A DNA stretch of 64,000 nt, taken from sequence record MZ291552.2. One strand, given 5' to 3'. Source of the DNA: Escherichia phage vB_EcoM-UFV09. Below are positions 18,634 through 37,393 of the stretch, in pieces; within the stretch, counting starts at the first letter, position 1; every line of letters begins with the position of its first letter. Both the position numbers and the translations under genes were made by a program. Below the pieces are notes generated by a model, which did no database searches, had not been told where the DNA came from, and was given only the letters and a program-made list of their open reading frames with translations.

Positions 18634-19630
18634 TTCAAGTGTTATCTATCGTGCGATAGTTACTTCAAAATTTAGAACAGAAAAAATGTTGAATTTTTAT
18701 AATTCAATTGGAAGTGGTCCGGATAAAAACACTATCTTTATCACATTTGGAAGATCAGAACCGTGGTCATCAAATGAAAATGAGGTGGGCTTTGCCCCAC
18801 CTTATCCTACCGATTCTGTATTAGGTGTAACTGACATGTGGACTCATATGATGGGAACAGTAAAAGTTCTTCCATCAATGCTTGATGCTGTTATTCCTCG
18901 CAGAGATTGGGGAGATACTAGATATCCGGATCCATACACATTTAGAATTAATGATATTGTAGTGTGCAACTCAGCTCCTTACAACGCTACTGAATCAGGC
19001 GCAGGCTGGTTAGTATATCGTTGTTTAGATGTTCCTGATACCGGAATGTGTTCAATAGCATCTTTAACTAATAAGGATGAATGTCTTAAATTAGGTGGAA
19101 AATGGACTCCTTCTGCTAGGTCAATGACTCCTCCTGAAGGCCGAGGAGATGCTGAAGGAACAATTGAACCTGGCGATGGATATGTATGGGAATATCTTTT
19201 TGAGATTCCGCCTGATGTATCTATAAATAGATGCACGAATGAGTATATTGTAGTTCCTTGGCCTGAGGAATTAAAAGAAGACCCGACTAGATGGGGGTAT
19301 GAAGATAATCTCACTTGGCAGCAAGATGATTTTGGATTAATTTACCGTGTTAAGGCAAATACTATCCGTTTTAAAGCATATTTAGATTCAGTTTATTTTC
19401 CTGAAGCTGCATTGCCGGGAAATAAAGGATTTAGACAAATATCAATAATTACGAATCCTCTTGAAGCTAAAGCTCATCCAAATGACCCAAATGTTAAAGC
19501 TGAAAAGGATTATTATGATCCGGAAGATTTAATGAGGCATTCGGGCGAAATGATTTATATGGAAAATAGGCCACCTATTATTATGGCAATGGATCAGACA
19601 GAAGAAATCAATATTCTGTTTACATTTTAA
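18626..19630 (+). CDS. 8: gp8 baseplate wedge protein
   Basis: 334 aa; T4 order. Confidence 0.97.
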   Translation: MNDSSVIYRAIVTSKFRTEKMLNFYNSIGSGPDKNTIFITFGRSEPWSSNENEVGFAPPYPTDSVLGVTDMWTHMMGTVKVLPSMLDAVIPRRDWGDTRYPDPYTFRINDIVVCNSAPYNATESGAGWLVYRCLDVPDTGMCSIASLTNKDECLKLGGKWTPSARSMTPPEGRGDAEGTIEPGDGYVWEYLFEIPPDVSINRCTNEYIVVPWPEELKEDPTRWGYEDNLTWQQDDFGLIYRVKANTIRFKAYLDSVYFPEAALPGNKGFRQISIITNPLEAKAHPNDPNVKAEKDYYDPEDLMRHSGEMIYMENRPPIIMAMDQTEEINILFTF

Positions 19631-19634
19631 ATTA

Positions 19635-19661
19635 AGGGAGCCCATGGGCTCCCTTTTTCTT
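19635..19661 (+). terminator. Rho-independent terminator after gene 8
   Basis: Hairpin AGGGAGCCC-ATG-GGCTCCCT followed by a T run. Confidence 0.6.
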
Positions 19662-19669
19662 TATAAATA
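19662..19669 (+). promoter_or_regulatory. T4 late promoter TATAAATA for gene 9
   Basis: Exact TATAAATA 25 nt upstream of the gene 9 ATG. Confidence 0.65.
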
Positions 19670-19693
19670 CTATAAACTCATAAGGAAACCGCT

Positions 19694-20560
19694 ATGTTCA
19701 TTCAAGAACCAAAGAAATTGATTGATACCGGCGAAATTGGTAACGCTTCTACTGGTGATATCTTATTCGACGGTGGTAATAAAATTAATAGTGATTTTAA
19801 CGCAATTTATAACGCGTTTGGCGATCAACGTAAAATGGCAGTAGCAAATGGCACTGGAGCAGATGGTCAAATTATCCATGCTACTGGATATTATCAAAAA
19901 CACTCTATTGCAGAGTATGCAACTCCAGTAAAAGTTGGCACTAGGCATGATATTGATACCTCTACTGTAGGTGTTAAAGTTATCATTGAAAGAGGCGAAC
20001 TTGGCGACTGCGTTGAATTTATTAACTCAAATGGATCAATATCAGTTACTAATCCTTTAACGATTCAAGCTATTGATTCAATTAAAGGCGTTTCAGGTAA
20101 TTTAGTAGTAACTAGTCCATATAGTAAAGTTACCTTACGTTGTATTTCATCTGATAATTCTACGTCGGTTTGGAATTATTCTATTGAAAGTATGTTTGGT
20201 CAAAAGGAATCACCTGCTGAAGGTACATGGAATATTTCTACATCTGGATCAGTTGACATTCCACTATTTCATCGCACTGAATACAATATGGCTAAATTGC
20301 TAGTTACGTGCCAATCAGTAGATGGAAGAAAAATTAAAACAGCAGAAATAAATATTCTTGTGGATACTGTTAATTCAGAAGTTATTTCTTCTGAGTATGC
20401 TGTCATGCGAGTTGGAAATGAAACAGAAGAAGACGAAATCGCTAATATTGCATTTAGTATTAAAGAAAATTACGTAACGGCGACTATAAGTTCTTCAACT
20501 GTCGGTATGAGAGCAGCAGTTAAAGTTATCGCTACGCAGAAAATCGGGGTGGCTCAATAA
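19694..20560 (+). CDS. 9: gp9 baseplate wedge / long tail fibre socket
   Basis: 288 aa; T4 order. Confidence 0.97.
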   Translation: MFIQEPKKLIDTGEIGNASTGDILFDGGNKINSDFNAIYNAFGDQRKMAVANGTGADGQIIHATGYYQKHSIAEYATPVKVGTRHDIDTSTVGVKVIIERGELGDCVEFINSNGSISVTNPLTIQAIDSIKGVSGNLVVTSPYSKVTLRCISSDNSTSVWNYSIESMFGQKESPAEGTWNISTSGSVDIPLFHRTEYNMAKLLVTCQSVDGRKIKTAEINILVDTVNSEVISSEYAVMRVGNETEEDEIANIAFSIKENYVTATISSSTVGMRAAVKVIATQKIGVAQ

Positions 20561-22365
20561 TGAAACAAAATATTAATATCGGTAATGTTGTAGATGATGG
20601 TACCGGTGACTACCTGCGTAAAGGTGGTATAAAAATAAATGAAAACTTTGATGAGCTTTATTATGAACTCGGTGATGGTAATGTTCCATATTCAGCCGGT
20701 GCCTGGAAAACTTATAATGCTTCATCTGGGCAAACATTAAAAGCTGAATGGGGAAAATCATACGCTATTAATACTTCGTCTGGAAGAGTAACACTGCAAC
20801 TTCCTAAAGGAACTGTTAATGATTATAATAAAGTAATTAGAGCTAGGGATGTATTTGCAACATGGAATGTTAATCCAGTTACTTTAGTAGCCTCTTCTGG
20901 TGATACTATCAAAGGATCATCGTCATCGGTTGAAATTAACGTTCAATTTAGTGATTTAGAGCTAGTTTATTGCGCTCCGGGTCGTTGGGAATATGTCAAA
21001 AATAAACAAATTGACAAAATTATTAGTTCAGACATTAGCAATGTAGCTCGTAAAGAATTTTTAGTCGAAGTTCAAGGACAAACAGACTTTTTAGATATTT
21101 TCCGTGGAACTAGTTATAATGTTAATAACATCAGAGTAAAACACCGCGGTAACGAATTGTATTACGGCGATGTTTTTAGCGAAAACAGTGACTTTGGCTC
21201 TCCAGGGGAAAATGAAGGAGAATTGGTTCCTCTTGATGGATTTAATATTAGATTAAGACAGCCTTGTAATATTGGTGACACTGTTCAAATTGAAACATTT
21301 ATGGATGGTGTATCGCAGTGGAGAAGTTCATACACAAGACGTCAAATAAAAGTATTAGATTCAAAATTAACATCAAAAACTTCTTTGGAAGGAAGTATTT
21401 ACGTTACTGATTTATCGACAATGAAATCAATTCCATTCTCCGCATTTGGATTAATTCCAGGAGAACCTATTAATCCTAATTCTCTTGAAGTTCGTTTTAA
21501 TGGAATTTTACAACAACAAGCTGGAACAGCAGGATATCCTCTGTTTTTATGTGAAGGCGCTAATTCAGATACACAAGAAGGATGTATATCTCTTGGTGGT
21601 GAATGGAAAGAATCAAACACAGATTATTCTATAGAATATGAAGATGGAAAACCGATCAGTCTTTTATTTGATAGAAAATTTGAATCAGGTGATATAATCG
21701 TTATAACATGGTTCAATAATGATTTAGGAACTCTTTTGGAAAAAGATGACATTATTGAATTAACTGATGAACGCTATGTTAGCAAAGGATCATCTACTGA
21801 AGTTACTGGTGATGTAGCCTTAACTGATTTTGATAAAATCGGTTGGCCAAATGTTGAAAAAGTTGATTCTTATACTAGAACATATAATTCAATATCATCT
21901 ATTTTCGATAGCATTTATCCCATTGGTTCAATTTATGAAAATGCTATAAACCCAAATAATCCGGTGACTTATATGGGATTTGGTTCATGGAAATTATTTG
22001 GTAAAGGACAAGTTTTAGTAGGATGGAATGATGATGTTACGGATCCAAACTTTGCATTAAATAACAATGATTTAGATTCTAGCGGAAATCCTTCGCATAC
22101 TGCCGGTGGAACAGTTGGAACAACATCAGTGACACTTGAGAACGCAAATCTTCCTGCGACTAAAACTGATGAAAAAGTTTTAATTGAAGATGAAAACGGA
22201 TCAGTTATTATTGGAGGTTGCCAATATGACCCAGATGAAACTGGTCCTATATATACAAAATATCGTGAAGACTACGCAACAACAAACTCTTCACATACTC
22301 CTCCTGCTAATATTAGTAATATTCAACCGTCTATTACTGTATACCGTTGGATAAGGATTGCATAA
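20560..22365 (+). CDS. 10: gp10 baseplate wedge and tail pin
   Basis: 601 aa; TAATG overlap with gene 11. Confidence 0.97.
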   Translation: MKQNINIGNVVDDGTGDYLRKGGIKINENFDELYYELGDGNVPYSAGAWKTYNASSGQTLKAEWGKSYAINTSSGRVTLQLPKGTVNDYNKVIRARDVFATWNVNPVTLVASSGDTIKGSSSSVEINVQFSDLELVYCAPGRWEYVKNKQIDKIISSDISNVARKEFLVEVQGQTDFLDIFRGTSYNVNNIRVKHRGNELYYGDVFSENSDFGSPGENEGELVPLDGFNIRLRQPCNIGDTVQIETFMDGVSQWRSSYTRRQIKVLDSKLTSKTSLEGSIYVTDLSTMKSIPFSAFGLIPGEPINPNSLEVRFNGILQQQAGTAGYPLFLCEGANSDTQEGCISLGGEWKESNTDYSIEYEDGKPISLLFDRKFESGDIIVITWFNNDLGTLLEKDDIIELTDERYVSKGSSTEVTGDVALTDFDKIGWPNVEKVDSYTRTYNSISSIFDSIYPIGSIYENAINPNNPVTYMGFGSWKLFGKGQVLVGWNDDVTDPNFALNNNDLDSSGNPSHTAGGTVGTTSVTLENANLPATKTDEKVLIEDENGSVIIGGCQYDPDETGPIYTKYREDYATTNSSHTPPANISNIQPSITVYRWIRIA

Positions 22366-23024
22366 TGAGTTTACTTAATAATAAAGCGGGAGTTATTTCC
22401 CGCTTAGCAGATTTTCTTGGTTTTAGAACTAAGAAAAATGATATTTCGGTTATGAATAATCAGCCGGTAGGTGCTGTAACAATTTCACAAATAGCAAAAG
22501 GTTTTTATGACCCAAATGTAGAATCTGCTATCAATGATGTTAGAAATATGGCAGAGCAACAGGTTGGAGCTGTATTAGTTAATATAAGTGGCGTATCTCC
22601 TACCGGCGTGCAGCAAACAGACTATTGGTCATTTGAAGGAACTGTTACTGATACTTCAGCCAAACCAGGTGACCCAGTTATTGTTAATATGTTTGGCATT
22701 CCTGTTAAAGCTACTAATGGAATGACTTCAATCGAATTTACCAGTGCCGTTAGAACAGCTCTGCAGGAAATGGTTGCAAAATTTATTGCAATTGATTCAT
22801 TTGAAGACCATCCTACCATAGGAAATAAAATACAAGTTAAGTATTTAGATAACCAAGAACATATCTTAGAACAATACTCTGATAAAGGAATTACTTTCAA
22901 ACAGGAAATAATTTCTCCTTCTAAACCTGGGTATGGAACTTGGCAATTATTAGGTGCGCAAACTGTTACGCTAGATAGTCACACCCAACCTACAGTATTT
23001 TATTATTTTGAGAGAATAGCATGA
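22365..23024 (+). CDS. 11: gp11 baseplate wedge / short tail fibre attachment
   Basis: Start set at the ATG at 22365 ([13 protein letters not shown]...), 219 aa; the ORF-track start at 22347 lies inside gene 10. Confidence 0.95.
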   Translation: MSLLNNKAGVISRLADFLGFRTKKNDISVMNNQPVGAVTISQIAKGFYDPNVESAINDVRNMAEQQVGAVLVNISGVSPTGVQQTDYWSFEGTVTDTSAKPGDPVIVNMFGIPVKATNGMTSIEFTSAVRTALQEMVAKFIAIDSFEDHPTIGNKIQVKYLDNQEHILEQYSDKGITFKQEIISPSKPGYGTWQLLGAQTVTLDSHTQPTVFYYFERIA

Positions 23025-24571
23025 GTAACAATACATATCAGCACGTATCAAATGAATCAAAATACGTTAAATTCGATCCTGCAGGATCGAATTTTCCTGA
23101 CACTGTCACGACAGTGCAGTCAGCATTATCAAAAATAAGTAATATCGGCGTAAATGGTATTCCTGATGCAACTATGGAAGTTAAAGGAATAGCAATGATT
23201 GCATCGGAGCAAGAGGTTTTAGATGGAACTAATAATTCTAAAATCGTTACACCAGCTACATTAGCAACAAGATTATTGTATCCAAATGCTACTGAAACTA
23301 AATATGGATTAACGCGCTATTCAACAAATGAAGAAACTTTAGAAGGCTCAGATAATAATTCATCAATAACGCCGCAAAAACTGAAATACCATACTGACGA
23401 TGTATTCCAAAATAGGTATTCATCTGAATCATCAAATGGAGTTATTAAAATATCATCTACTCCTGCGGCTTTGGCTGGTATAGATGATACTACGGCGATG
23501 ACTCCGTTGAAAACCCAAAAACTCGCAATAAAATTAATTTCGCAAATAGCTCCTTCAGAAGACACAGCATCAGAATCTGTTAGAGGTGTAGTTCAGTTAT
23601 CAACTGTCGCTCAAACTCGTCAAGGAACTCTCCGCGAAGGATATGCAATTTCTCCGTATACCTTTATGAATTCTGTTGCAACACAAGAATATAAGGGTGT
23701 TATACGTTTAGGAACACAATCAGAAATTAACAGTAATTTGGGAGATGTTGCAGTAACAGGTGAAACATTAAATGGTCGAGGAGCTACCGGTTCTATGCGT
23801 GGGGTAGTAAAATTAACGACGCAAGCCGGTATTGCCCCTGAAGGTGATAGCTCTGGAGCATTAGCATGGAACGCAGATGTAATTAATACTCGCGGTGGAC
23901 AAACTATTAATGGTTCTTTAAATTTAGATCATTTAACAGCAAATGGAATTTGGTCGCGCGGCGGAATGTGGAAAAATGGCGATCAACCTGTTGCCACTGA
24001 AAGATATGCGTCCGAAAGGGTTCCAGTTGGAACTATTATGATGTTTGCTGGAGATTCAGCTCCTCCTGGTTGGATTATGTGTCATGGTGGAACCGTGTCA
24101 GGAGATCAATATCCTGATTATAGAAACACAGTTGGAACGAGATTTGGTGGCGATTGGAATAATCCTGGCATTCCTGATATGCGAGGTCTTTTCGTCAGAG
24201 GAGCTGGTACTGGTGGTCATATTTTAAATCAACGAGGGCAAGATGGTTACGGGAAGGATAGACTTGGTGTAGGATGTGACGGAATGCATGTTGGCGGTGT
24301 TCAAGCACAACAGATGTCATACCATAAACATGCTGGTGGTTGGGGAGAATACCAAAGACATGAAGCTCCATTTGGCGCGTCCGTTTATCAAGGATATCTT
24401 GGAACTGGAAAACATGCCGACTGGGATAATGCTTCATACTTCACTAATGATGGATTTGAATTAGGTGGACCGAGAGATGCCCTTGGTACACTTAATCGTG
24501 AAGGATTAATTGGTTATGAAACTAGACCATGGAATATATCATTAAACTATATTATTAAAATTCATTACTAA
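23021..24571 (+). CDS. 12: gp12 short tail fibre
   Basis: 516 aa; T4 order. Confidence 0.97.
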   Translation: MSNNTYQHVSNESKYVKFDPAGSNFPDTVTTVQSALSKISNIGVNGIPDATMEVKGIAMIASEQEVLDGTNNSKIVTPATLATRLLYPNATETKYGLTRYSTNEETLEGSDNNSSITPQKLKYHTDDVFQNRYSSESSNGVIKISSTPAALAGIDDTTAMTPLKTQKLAIKLISQIAPSEDTASESVRGVVQLSTVAQTRQGTLREGYAISPYTFMNSVATQEYKGVIRLGTQSEINSNLGDVAVTGETLNGRGATGSMRGVVKLTTQAGIAPEGDSSGALAWNADVINTRGGQTINGSLNLDHLTANGIWSRGGMWKNGDQPVATERYASERVPVGTIMMFAGDSAPPGWIMCHGGTVSGDQYPDYRNTVGTRFGGDWNNPGIPDMRGLFVRGAGTGGHILNQRGQDGYGKDRLGVGCDGMHVGGVQAQQMSYHKHAGGWGEYQRHEAPFGASVYQGYLGTGKHADWDNASYFTNDGFELGGPRDALGTLNREGLIGYETRPWNISLNYIIKIHY

Positions 24572-24580
24572 GGATTACAA

Positions 24581-26038
24581 ATGATTGAATTAAAAGATTT
24601 ACCTTTTGTTGATAGCGTTCCTGACGAAGGTCAGGAGCGTATTTCATGGATTAAAAATGGTGAAGAAATACTAGGAGCTAGTACTAAGTATGGAAACGAT
24701 GGATCAATGAATAGACCAACTGTGTCCGTATTTAAAAATGTTGAGGTTCTTGATGAAAATATAGGAATTCTTAAAACTGCCGTTGAAACATCACAGGAAG
24801 ATATTAAAACAATTCAAGGCATTTTGGATGTATCTGGAGATATCGAAGCACTATCACAGATTAGCGTTAATAAAAATGACATATCAAATTTAAAGACGCT
24901 TACGAATGAACACACTGATATATTAAATGGTACAAATGCCACTGTTGACCGCATTCTTTCTGATATAGGTCCATTTAATGAACACGCAAATTCAGTTTAT
25001 AGAACAGTTCGAAATGATTTGTTATGGATTAAAAGAGAATTAGGGCAATATGCTGGACAAGATATTAATGGTCTTCCTGTTGTAGGAAATAGCAGCACGG
25101 GTATGAAGCACCGTATCATTAATAATACAGATGCTATAACTTCCCAAGGAATACGTCTAAGTGATTTGGAAGAAAAATTTATTGAATCTGATGTAGGTTC
25201 ACTGACAATTGAAGTTGGAAATCTTAGACAAGAACTTGGACAAAGACCATCTTCATTTAGTGAAAGCATATATTCACGTGTGCATAATTTAGATCAATCG
25301 CAGATTAATCTTAGTTCCGAAATTAAATCTATCAAAACTTCTATTGGATATCCAGGAAATACTTCAATAATCACAGATGTCAATGTCAATAGTCAAGAAA
25401 TTTCAGCTTTAAATGATGAACTAAATAAAAGTGGCGGCGTTAAACAGCGATTAACTGTTATTGAAACATCGATTGGTTCAGATGATATTCCTTCTAGTAT
25501 TAAAGGTCAAATTAAAGATAATACAACTTCTATTGAATCTTTAAATGGAATTGTAGGTGAAAACACCTCGTCCGGTTTAAGAGCTAACGTTTCATGGCTA
25601 AATCAGATAGTTGGAACTGATTCTAGCGGAGGTCAACCTTCTCCTCCGGGGTCTCTTTTAAATAGAGTTTCAACAGTTGAAACCTCTGTTAATAGACTTA
25701 ACAATGATGTTCAAAACTTACAGGTTGAAATTGGTAATAACAATTCCGGAATTAAAGGGCAAGTTGTAACACTAAATAAATTAGTAAATGGAACAAATCC
25801 GAATGGTTCAACTGTCGAAGAACGCGGATTGACTAATTCAATAAAAGCTAATGAGACTAACATTTCTTCAATTAATCAAGAGATTCGTAGTATTAAAGGT
25901 AATGTGTCCTCATTACAGAGGGATGTCCAGACTTTACAAGAAGCTGGTTATATTCCTGAAGCTCCAAAAGATGGTCAAGCTTACGTTCGTAAAGACGGCG
26001 AATGGGTATTGCTTTCTACCTTTTTATCACCAGCATAA
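24581..26038 (+). CDS. wac: Fibritin (whisker) Wac
   Basis: 485 aa coiled-coil protein with C-terminal foldon [27 protein letters not shown]. Confidence 0.97.
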   Translation: MIELKDLPFVDSVPDEGQERISWIKNGEEILGASTKYGNDGSMNRPTVSVFKNVEVLDENIGILKTAVETSQEDIKTIQGILDVSGDIEALSQISVNKNDISNLKTLTNEHTDILNGTNATVDRILSDIGPFNEHANSVYRTVRNDLLWIKRELGQYAGQDINGLPVVGNSSTGMKHRIINNTDAITSQGIRLSDLEEKFIESDVGSLTIEVGNLRQELGQRPSSFSESIYSRVHNLDQSQINLSSEIKSIKTSIGYPGNTSIITDVNVNSQEISALNDELNKSGGVKQRLTVIETSIGSDDIPSSIKGQIKDNTTSIESLNGIVGENTSSGLRANVSWLNQIVGTDSSGGQPSPPGSLLNRVSTVETSVNRLNNDVQNLQVEIGNNNSGIKGQVVTLNKLVNGTNPNGSTVEERGLTNSIKANETNISSINQEIRSIKGNVSSLQRDVQTLQEAGYIPEAPKDGQAYVRKDGEWVLLSTFLSPA

Positions 26039-26069
26039 CATGGGGCCGCAAGGCCCTAAAGGATTTTAA

Positions 26070-27771
<1,702 letters not shown>

Positions 27772-27812
27772 TAAATATTATAAACTAATTAAAGCCCAGA
27801 TTAGGAGAAATC

Positions 27813-30953
<3,141 letters not shown>

Positions 30954-30981
30954 TATTAAAGCATATTAAAGAGGATTAAAA

Positions 30982-32961
30982 ATGACTTTATTATCTCCGG
31001 GCATTGAGCTCAAAGAAACTACGGTTCAAAGCACCGTGGTTAATAACTCTACTGGTACAGCAGCTTTGGCCGGTAAATTCCAGTGGGGTCCTGCTTTTCA
31101 GATTAAACAGGTTACAAATGAAGTAGATTTAGTTAATACTTTTGGTCAACCAACCGCTGAAACTGCTGACTATTTTATGTCTGCGATGAATTTCTTGCAG
31201 TACGGAAATGACTTACGAGTAGTTCGTGCTGTTGATAGAGATACCGCTAAAAACTCATCTCCGATTGCTGGTAATATTGAATACACAATTTCTACCCCAG
31301 GTAGTAACTATGCAGTTGGAGATAAAATCACGGTCAAATATGTTTCAGATGATATTGAAACTGAAGGTAAAATTACTGAAGTAGACGCAGATGGAAAAAT
31401 TAAGAAAATTAATATTCCTACTGCAAAAATTATCGCTAAAGCAAAAGAAGTCGGTGAATATCCAACACTAGGTTCTAACTGGACTGCAGAAATTTCTTCA
31501 TCTTCTTCCGGTTTAGCTGCAGTAATAACTCTTGGAAAAATTATTACTGATTCCGGTATTTTATTAGCTGAAATCGAGAGCGCTGAAACTGCTATGACAG
31601 CAGTTGATTTTCAGGCAAATCTTGAAAAATATGGAATTCCAGGAGTAGTAGCTCTCTATCCAGGCGAATTAGGCGATAAAATTGAAATTGAAATCGTATC
31701 TAAAGCTGACTATGCGAAAGGCGCTTCTGCATTACTCCCAATTTATCCAGGTGGTGGTACTCGTGCATCTACTGCTAAAGCGGTGTTTGGATATGGACCA
31801 CAAACTGATTCACAGTACGCTATTATAGTTCGTCGAAATGATGCTATTGTTCAAAGCGTTGTTCTTTCAACTAAGCGTGGTGAAAAAGATATTTACGATA
31901 GTAACATCTATATCGATGACTTTTTCGCAAAAGGTGGTTCAGAATATATTTTTGCAACTGCACAAAACTGGCCAGAAGGCTTCTCTGGAATTTTAACTCT
32001 GTCTGGTGGATTATCATCAAATGCTGAAGTAACAGCAGGAGATTTGATGGAAGCTTGGGACTTCTTTGCTGACCGTGAATCTGTTGACGTTCAACTGTTT
32101 ATTGCGGGTTCTTGTGCTGGTGAATCTTTAGAAACAGCATCTACTGTCCAAAAACACGTCGTTTCAATTGGTGATGCTCGCCAGGATTGCTTAGTATTGT
32201 GCTCACCACCGCGTGAAACTGTAGTTGGAATTCCTGTAACCCGTGCTGTTGATAACTTAGTCAATTGGAGAACTGCAGCAGGTTCATACACTGATAATAA
32301 CTTTAATATCAGTTCAACCTACGCAGCAATTGATGGCAACTACAAATATCAGTATGACAAATATAATGATGTGAATCGTTGGGTCCCATTAGCAGCTGAT
32401 ATTGCTGGATTGTGTGCAAGAACTGATAACGTATCTCAGACTTGGATGTCTCCAGCTGGTTATAATCGTGGCCAGATTCTTAACGTTATTAAACTTGCTA
32501 TTGAAACTCGCCAGGCTCAGCGCGACCGTTTATACCAAGAAGCTATCAACCCGGTAACTGGTACAGGTGGTGATGGTTACGTATTGTATGGTGATAAAAC
32601 AGCTACTTCTGTTCCTTCTCCATTTGATCGTATTAACGTTCGTCGTCTGTTTAATATGTTGAAAACGAATATCGGACGTAGTTCAAAATATCGTTTGTTC
32701 GAATTAAACAATGCGTTTACTCGTTCATCATTCCGCACAGAAACTGCCCAGTACTTACAGGGAATTAAAGCTCTCGGTGGAATTTATGAATATCGTGTAG
32801 TTTGCGATACAACAAATAACACTCCGTCAGTAATTGATAGAAATGAGTTTGTTGCAACATTCTACATCCAACCGGCTAGAAGCATTAACTACATTACCTT
32901 AAACTTCGTAGCAACTGCTACCGGTGCAGATTTCGATGAGTTAACTGGTCTTGCAGGTTAA
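30982..32961 (+). CDS. 18: gp18 tail sheath protein
   Basis: 659 aa; T4 order. Confidence 0.97.
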   Translation: MTLLSPGIELKETTVQSTVVNNSTGTAALAGKFQWGPAFQIKQVTNEVDLVNTFGQPTAETADYFMSAMNFLQYGNDLRVVRAVDRDTAKNSSPIAGNIEYTISTPGSNYAVGDKITVKYVSDDIETEGKITEVDADGKIKKINIPTAKIIAKAKEVGEYPTLGSNWTAEISSSSSGLAAVITLGKIITDSGILLAEIESAETAMTAVDFQANLEKYGIPGVVALYPGELGDKIEIEIVSKADYAKGASALLPIYPGGGTRASTAKAVFGYGPQTDSQYAIIVRRNDAIVQSVVLSTKRGEKDIYDSNIYIDDFFAKGGSEYIFATAQNWPEGFSGILTLSGGLSSNAEVTAGDLMEAWDFFADRESVDVQLFIAGSCAGESLETASTVQKHVVSIGDARQDCLVLCSPPRETVVGIPVTRAVDNLVNWRTAAGSYTDNNFNISSTYAAIDGNYKYQYDKYNDVNRWVPLAADIAGLCARTDNVSQTWMSPAGYNRGQILNVIKLAIETRQAQRDRLYQEAINPVTGTGGDGYVLYGDKTATSVPSPFDRINVRRLFNMLKTNIGRSSKYRLFELNNAFTRSSFRTETAQYLQGIKALGGIYEYRVVCDTTNNTPSVIDRNEFVATFYIQPARSINYITLNFVATATGADFDELTGLAG

Positions 32962-33055
32962 TACAGTGCATTCTAAAGGCCTGTTTCGACAGGCCATATA
33001 AATACACTATATCCTTAATTCTTTAATTCTATATGCCCTAGGTTAAACATAGGGA

Positions 33056-33063
33056 TATAAATA
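33056..33063 (+). promoter_or_regulatory. T4 late promoter TATAAATA for gene 19
   Basis: Exact TATAAATA 15 nt upstream of the gene 19 ATG; a second copy at 32997-33004. Confidence 0.6.
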
Positions 33064-33077
33064 CTACAGAGGCTAAT

Positions 33078-33569
33078 ATGTTTGTAGATGATGTAACACG
33101 AGCGTTTGAATCTGGTGATTTTGCTCGACCTAACTTATTCCAAGTAGAAATTTCTTATCTTGGACAAAATTTTACGTTCCAATGTAAAGCCACTGCTTTA
33201 CCAGCTGGTATTGTAGAAAAAATTCCAGTCGGATTTATGAACCGTAAAATTAACGTGGCAGGCGATCGTACATTCGATGACTGGACTGTTACAGTAATGA
33301 ACGATGAAGCTCATGATGCTCGCCAGAAGTTTGTTGATTGGCAAAGCATTGCCGCAGGACAAGGAAACGAAATTACTGGTGGAAAACCTGCAGAGTATAA
33401 AAAGAGCGCTATTGTTCGCCAATATGCTCGTGACGCTAAAACAGTAACAAAAGAAATTGAAATTAAAGGTCTATGGCCTACTAACGTGGGTGAACTTCAA
33501 TTAGATTGGGATTCAAACAATGAAATCCAAACATTTGAAGTAACTCTTGCTCTCGATTATTGGGAATAA
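33078..33569 (+). CDS. 19: gp19 tail tube protein
   Basis: 163 aa; T4 order. Confidence 0.97.
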   Translation: MFVDDVTRAFESGDFARPNLFQVEISYLGQNFTFQCKATALPAGIVEKIPVGFMNRKINVAGDRTFDDWTVTVMNDEAHDARQKFVDWQSIAAGQGNEITGGKPAEYKKSAIVRQYARDAKTVTKEIEIKGLWPTNVGELQLDWDSNNEIQTFEVTLALDYWE

Positions 33570-33601
33570 AATGAATGGGGAGAAATCCCCATCCTGCTTA
33601 A

Positions 33602-35226
<1,625 letters not shown>

Positions 35227-35227
<1 letters not shown>

Positions 35228-35472
35228 TGGAAGGTTTAATTGAAGCTATTAAATCAAACGACCTCGTAGCCGCTCGTAAATTATTTGCTGAAGCCATGGC
35301 TGCAAGAACGACTGATTTAATTAAAGAAGAAAAAATCACTATCGCTCGTAATTTCTTAATCGAGGGTGAAGAACCTGAAGACGAGGATGAAGATGAAGAT
35401 GATGACGAAGATAGCGATGATAAAGACGACAAAAAAGACAAAGACTCTGACGAAGACGAGGATGATGAATAA
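35227..35472 (+). CDS. 67: gp67 prohead core protein
   Basis: 81 aa with acidic Asp/Glu-rich C-terminus; between genes 20 and 68. Confidence 0.9.
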
Positions 35473-35897
35473 TGATTCTAATCCCTGAAACTCATGAATT
35501 AGTTCTCGAGAATGTCGAAGCACTTATTCCTGAAGCACAGGGTCGCTTTGACGAGTTGTCTTCTGCTTTAAATAAAGACGATATAAATAAAATTATCGAG
35601 AATATGCTTGATGATGAAACTGATTTAGCGGTTGCATTAGCTTCTATTAATGAAAATATGCCGTTAAATGAATTTATCGTTAAACATGTTTCTGCCCGTG
35701 GTGAAATTACTCGCACTAAAGATCGCAAAACCCGCGAACGTAATGCATTTCAAACTACCGGGTTGTCTAAAGCAAAACGTAGACAAATTGCTCGTAAAGC
35801 TACCAAAACGAAGATTGCCAATCCAGCAGGTCAATCTCGTGCTCAGCGTAAGCGTAAAAAAGCTCTCAAACGCCGTAAAGCATTAGGATTAAGCTAA
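35472..35897 (+). CDS. 68: gp68 prohead core protein
   Basis: 141 aa; T4 order. Confidence 0.9.
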   Translation: MILIPETHELVLENVEALIPEAQGRFDELSSALNKDDINKIIENMLDDETDLAVALASINENMPLNEFIVKHVSARGEITRTKDRKTRERNAFQTTGLSKAKRRQIARKATKTKIANPAGQSRAQRKRKKALKRRKALGLS

Positions 35898-36535
35898 TGA
35901 ATGAACCCCAATTACTAATTGAAACTTGGGGTCAACCTGGCGAAATTATTGATGGCGTACCAATGCTTGAATCCCATGATGGAAAAGACTTAGGTTTAAA
36001 ACCTGGTTTATACATCGAAGGAATATTCATGCAAGCGGAAGTCGTCAATAGAAATAAACGTCTTTATCCAAAACGTATATTAGAAAAAGCGGTAAAAGAC
36101 TATATCAATGAGCAAGTTTTAACTAAACAAGCTCTCGGAGAATTAAATCATCCTCCACGCGCTAATGTTGACCCGATGCAAGCCGCTATCATTATAGAAG
36201 ATATGTGGTGGAAAGGAAATGACGTATACGGACGAGCTCGTGTTATTGAAGGTGACCATGGTCCTGGAGATAAATTAGCAGCTAATATTCGTGCCGGATG
36301 GATTCCAGGAGTTTCTTCTCGTGGATTAGGTTCATTGACTGACACAAATAAAGGTTATCGTATCGTAAACGAAGGATTCAAATTAACTGTAGGTGTTGAT
36401 GCAGTATGGGGTCCAAGTGCTCCAGATGCATGGGTAACTCCTAAGGAAATTACAGAATCACAGACGGCGGAAGCCGATACAAGTGCCGATGACGCCTATA
36501 TGGCTCTCGCAGAGGCCATGAAAAAAGCGTTATAA
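35897..36535 (+). CDS. 21: gp21 prohead core protein and maturation protease
   Basis: 212 aa; T4 order. Confidence 0.95.
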   Translation: MNEPQLLIETWGQPGEIIDGVPMLESHDGKDLGLKPGLYIEGIFMQAEVVNRNKRLYPKRILEKAVKDYINEQVLTKQALGELNHPPRANVDPMQAAIIIEDMWWKGNDVYGRARVIEGDHGPGDKLAANIRAGWIPGVSSRGLGSLTDTNKGYRIVNEGFKLTVGVDAVWGPSAPDAWVTPKEITESQTAEADTSADDAYMALAEAMKKAL

Positions 36536-36538
36536 ATA
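36531..36538 (+). promoter_or_regulatory. T4 late promoter TATAAATA for gene 22
   Basis: Exact TATAAATA 28 nt upstream of the gene 22 ATG. Confidence 0.6.
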
Positions 36539-36565
36539 TTATTATCTAAACAACAGGACTACAAA

Positions 36566-37375
36566 ATGCTTAAAGAACAACTGATTGCCGAAGCGCAGAA
36601 AATTGATGCTTCCGTTGCTCTTGATAGTATTTTCGAATCAGTTAATATTTCTCCGGAAGCAAAAGAAACTTTCGGCACTGTATTCGAAGCTACCGTCAAG
36701 CAGCACGCCGTTAAATTAGCTGAATCTCATATCGCTAAAATTGCTGAAAAAGCAGAAGAAGAAGTAGAAAAAAATAAAGAAGAAGCAGAAGAAAAAGCTG
36801 AGAAGAAAATCGCTGAGCAAGCTTCTAAATTCCTTGACCATCTTGCAAAAGAATGGCTCACTGAAAATAAATTAGCAGTAGATAAAGGTATCAAAGCCGA
36901 ACTGTTTGAATCCATGCTTGGTGGATTGAAAGAGCTCTTCGTTGAACACAACGTTGTTGTTCCAGAAGAATCAGTTGATGTTGTAGCTGAAATGGAAGAA
37001 GAACTGCAAGAACATAAAGAAGAATCAGCTCGTCTGTTCGAAGAACTCAATAAGCGTGACGCATATATCAATTATGTGCAGCGTGAAGTGGCATTGAGCG
37101 AAAGTACTAAAGATCTGACTGAGTCTCAAAAAGAAAAAGTCTCTGCTCTGGTCGAAGGTATTGATTATTCAGATGCATTCTCAAGCAAATTGAGTGCCAT
37201 CGTAGAAATGGTGAAGAAATCTAATAAAGATGAAAGCACTATTACTGAGAGTATAAATACTCCTGATACTGAAGCAGCCGGACTGAATTTCGTCACTGAA
37301 GCTGTAGAAGATAAATCTGCGCAAGGTGCAGAAGATATTGTAAGTGTATATGCGAAAGTCGCATCTCGTTTCTAA
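36566..37375 (+). CDS. 22: gp22 major prohead scaffolding core protein
   Basis: 269 aa, Glu/Lys-rich coiled coil. Confidence 0.95.
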   Translation: MLKEQLIAEAQKIDASVALDSIFESVNISPEAKETFGTVFEATVKQHAVKLAESHIAKIAEKAEEEVEKNKEEAEEKAEKKIAEQASKFLDHLAKEWLTENKLAVDKGIKAELFESMLGGLKELFVEHNVVVPEESVDVVAEMEEELQEHKEESARLFEELNKRDAYINYVQREVALSESTKDLTESQKEKVSALVEGIDYSDAFSSKLSAIVEMVKKSNKDESTITESINTPDTEAAGLNFVTEAVEDKSAQGAEDIVSVYAKVASRF

Positions 37376-37393
37376 TTTTAAAGGTTAACACAA

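Noticed and set aside
36727-37071. 114-aa Ser-rich minus-strand ORF inside gene 22
   Set aside because: Antisense shadow of the Glu/Lys-rich scaffold gene; no start signals.
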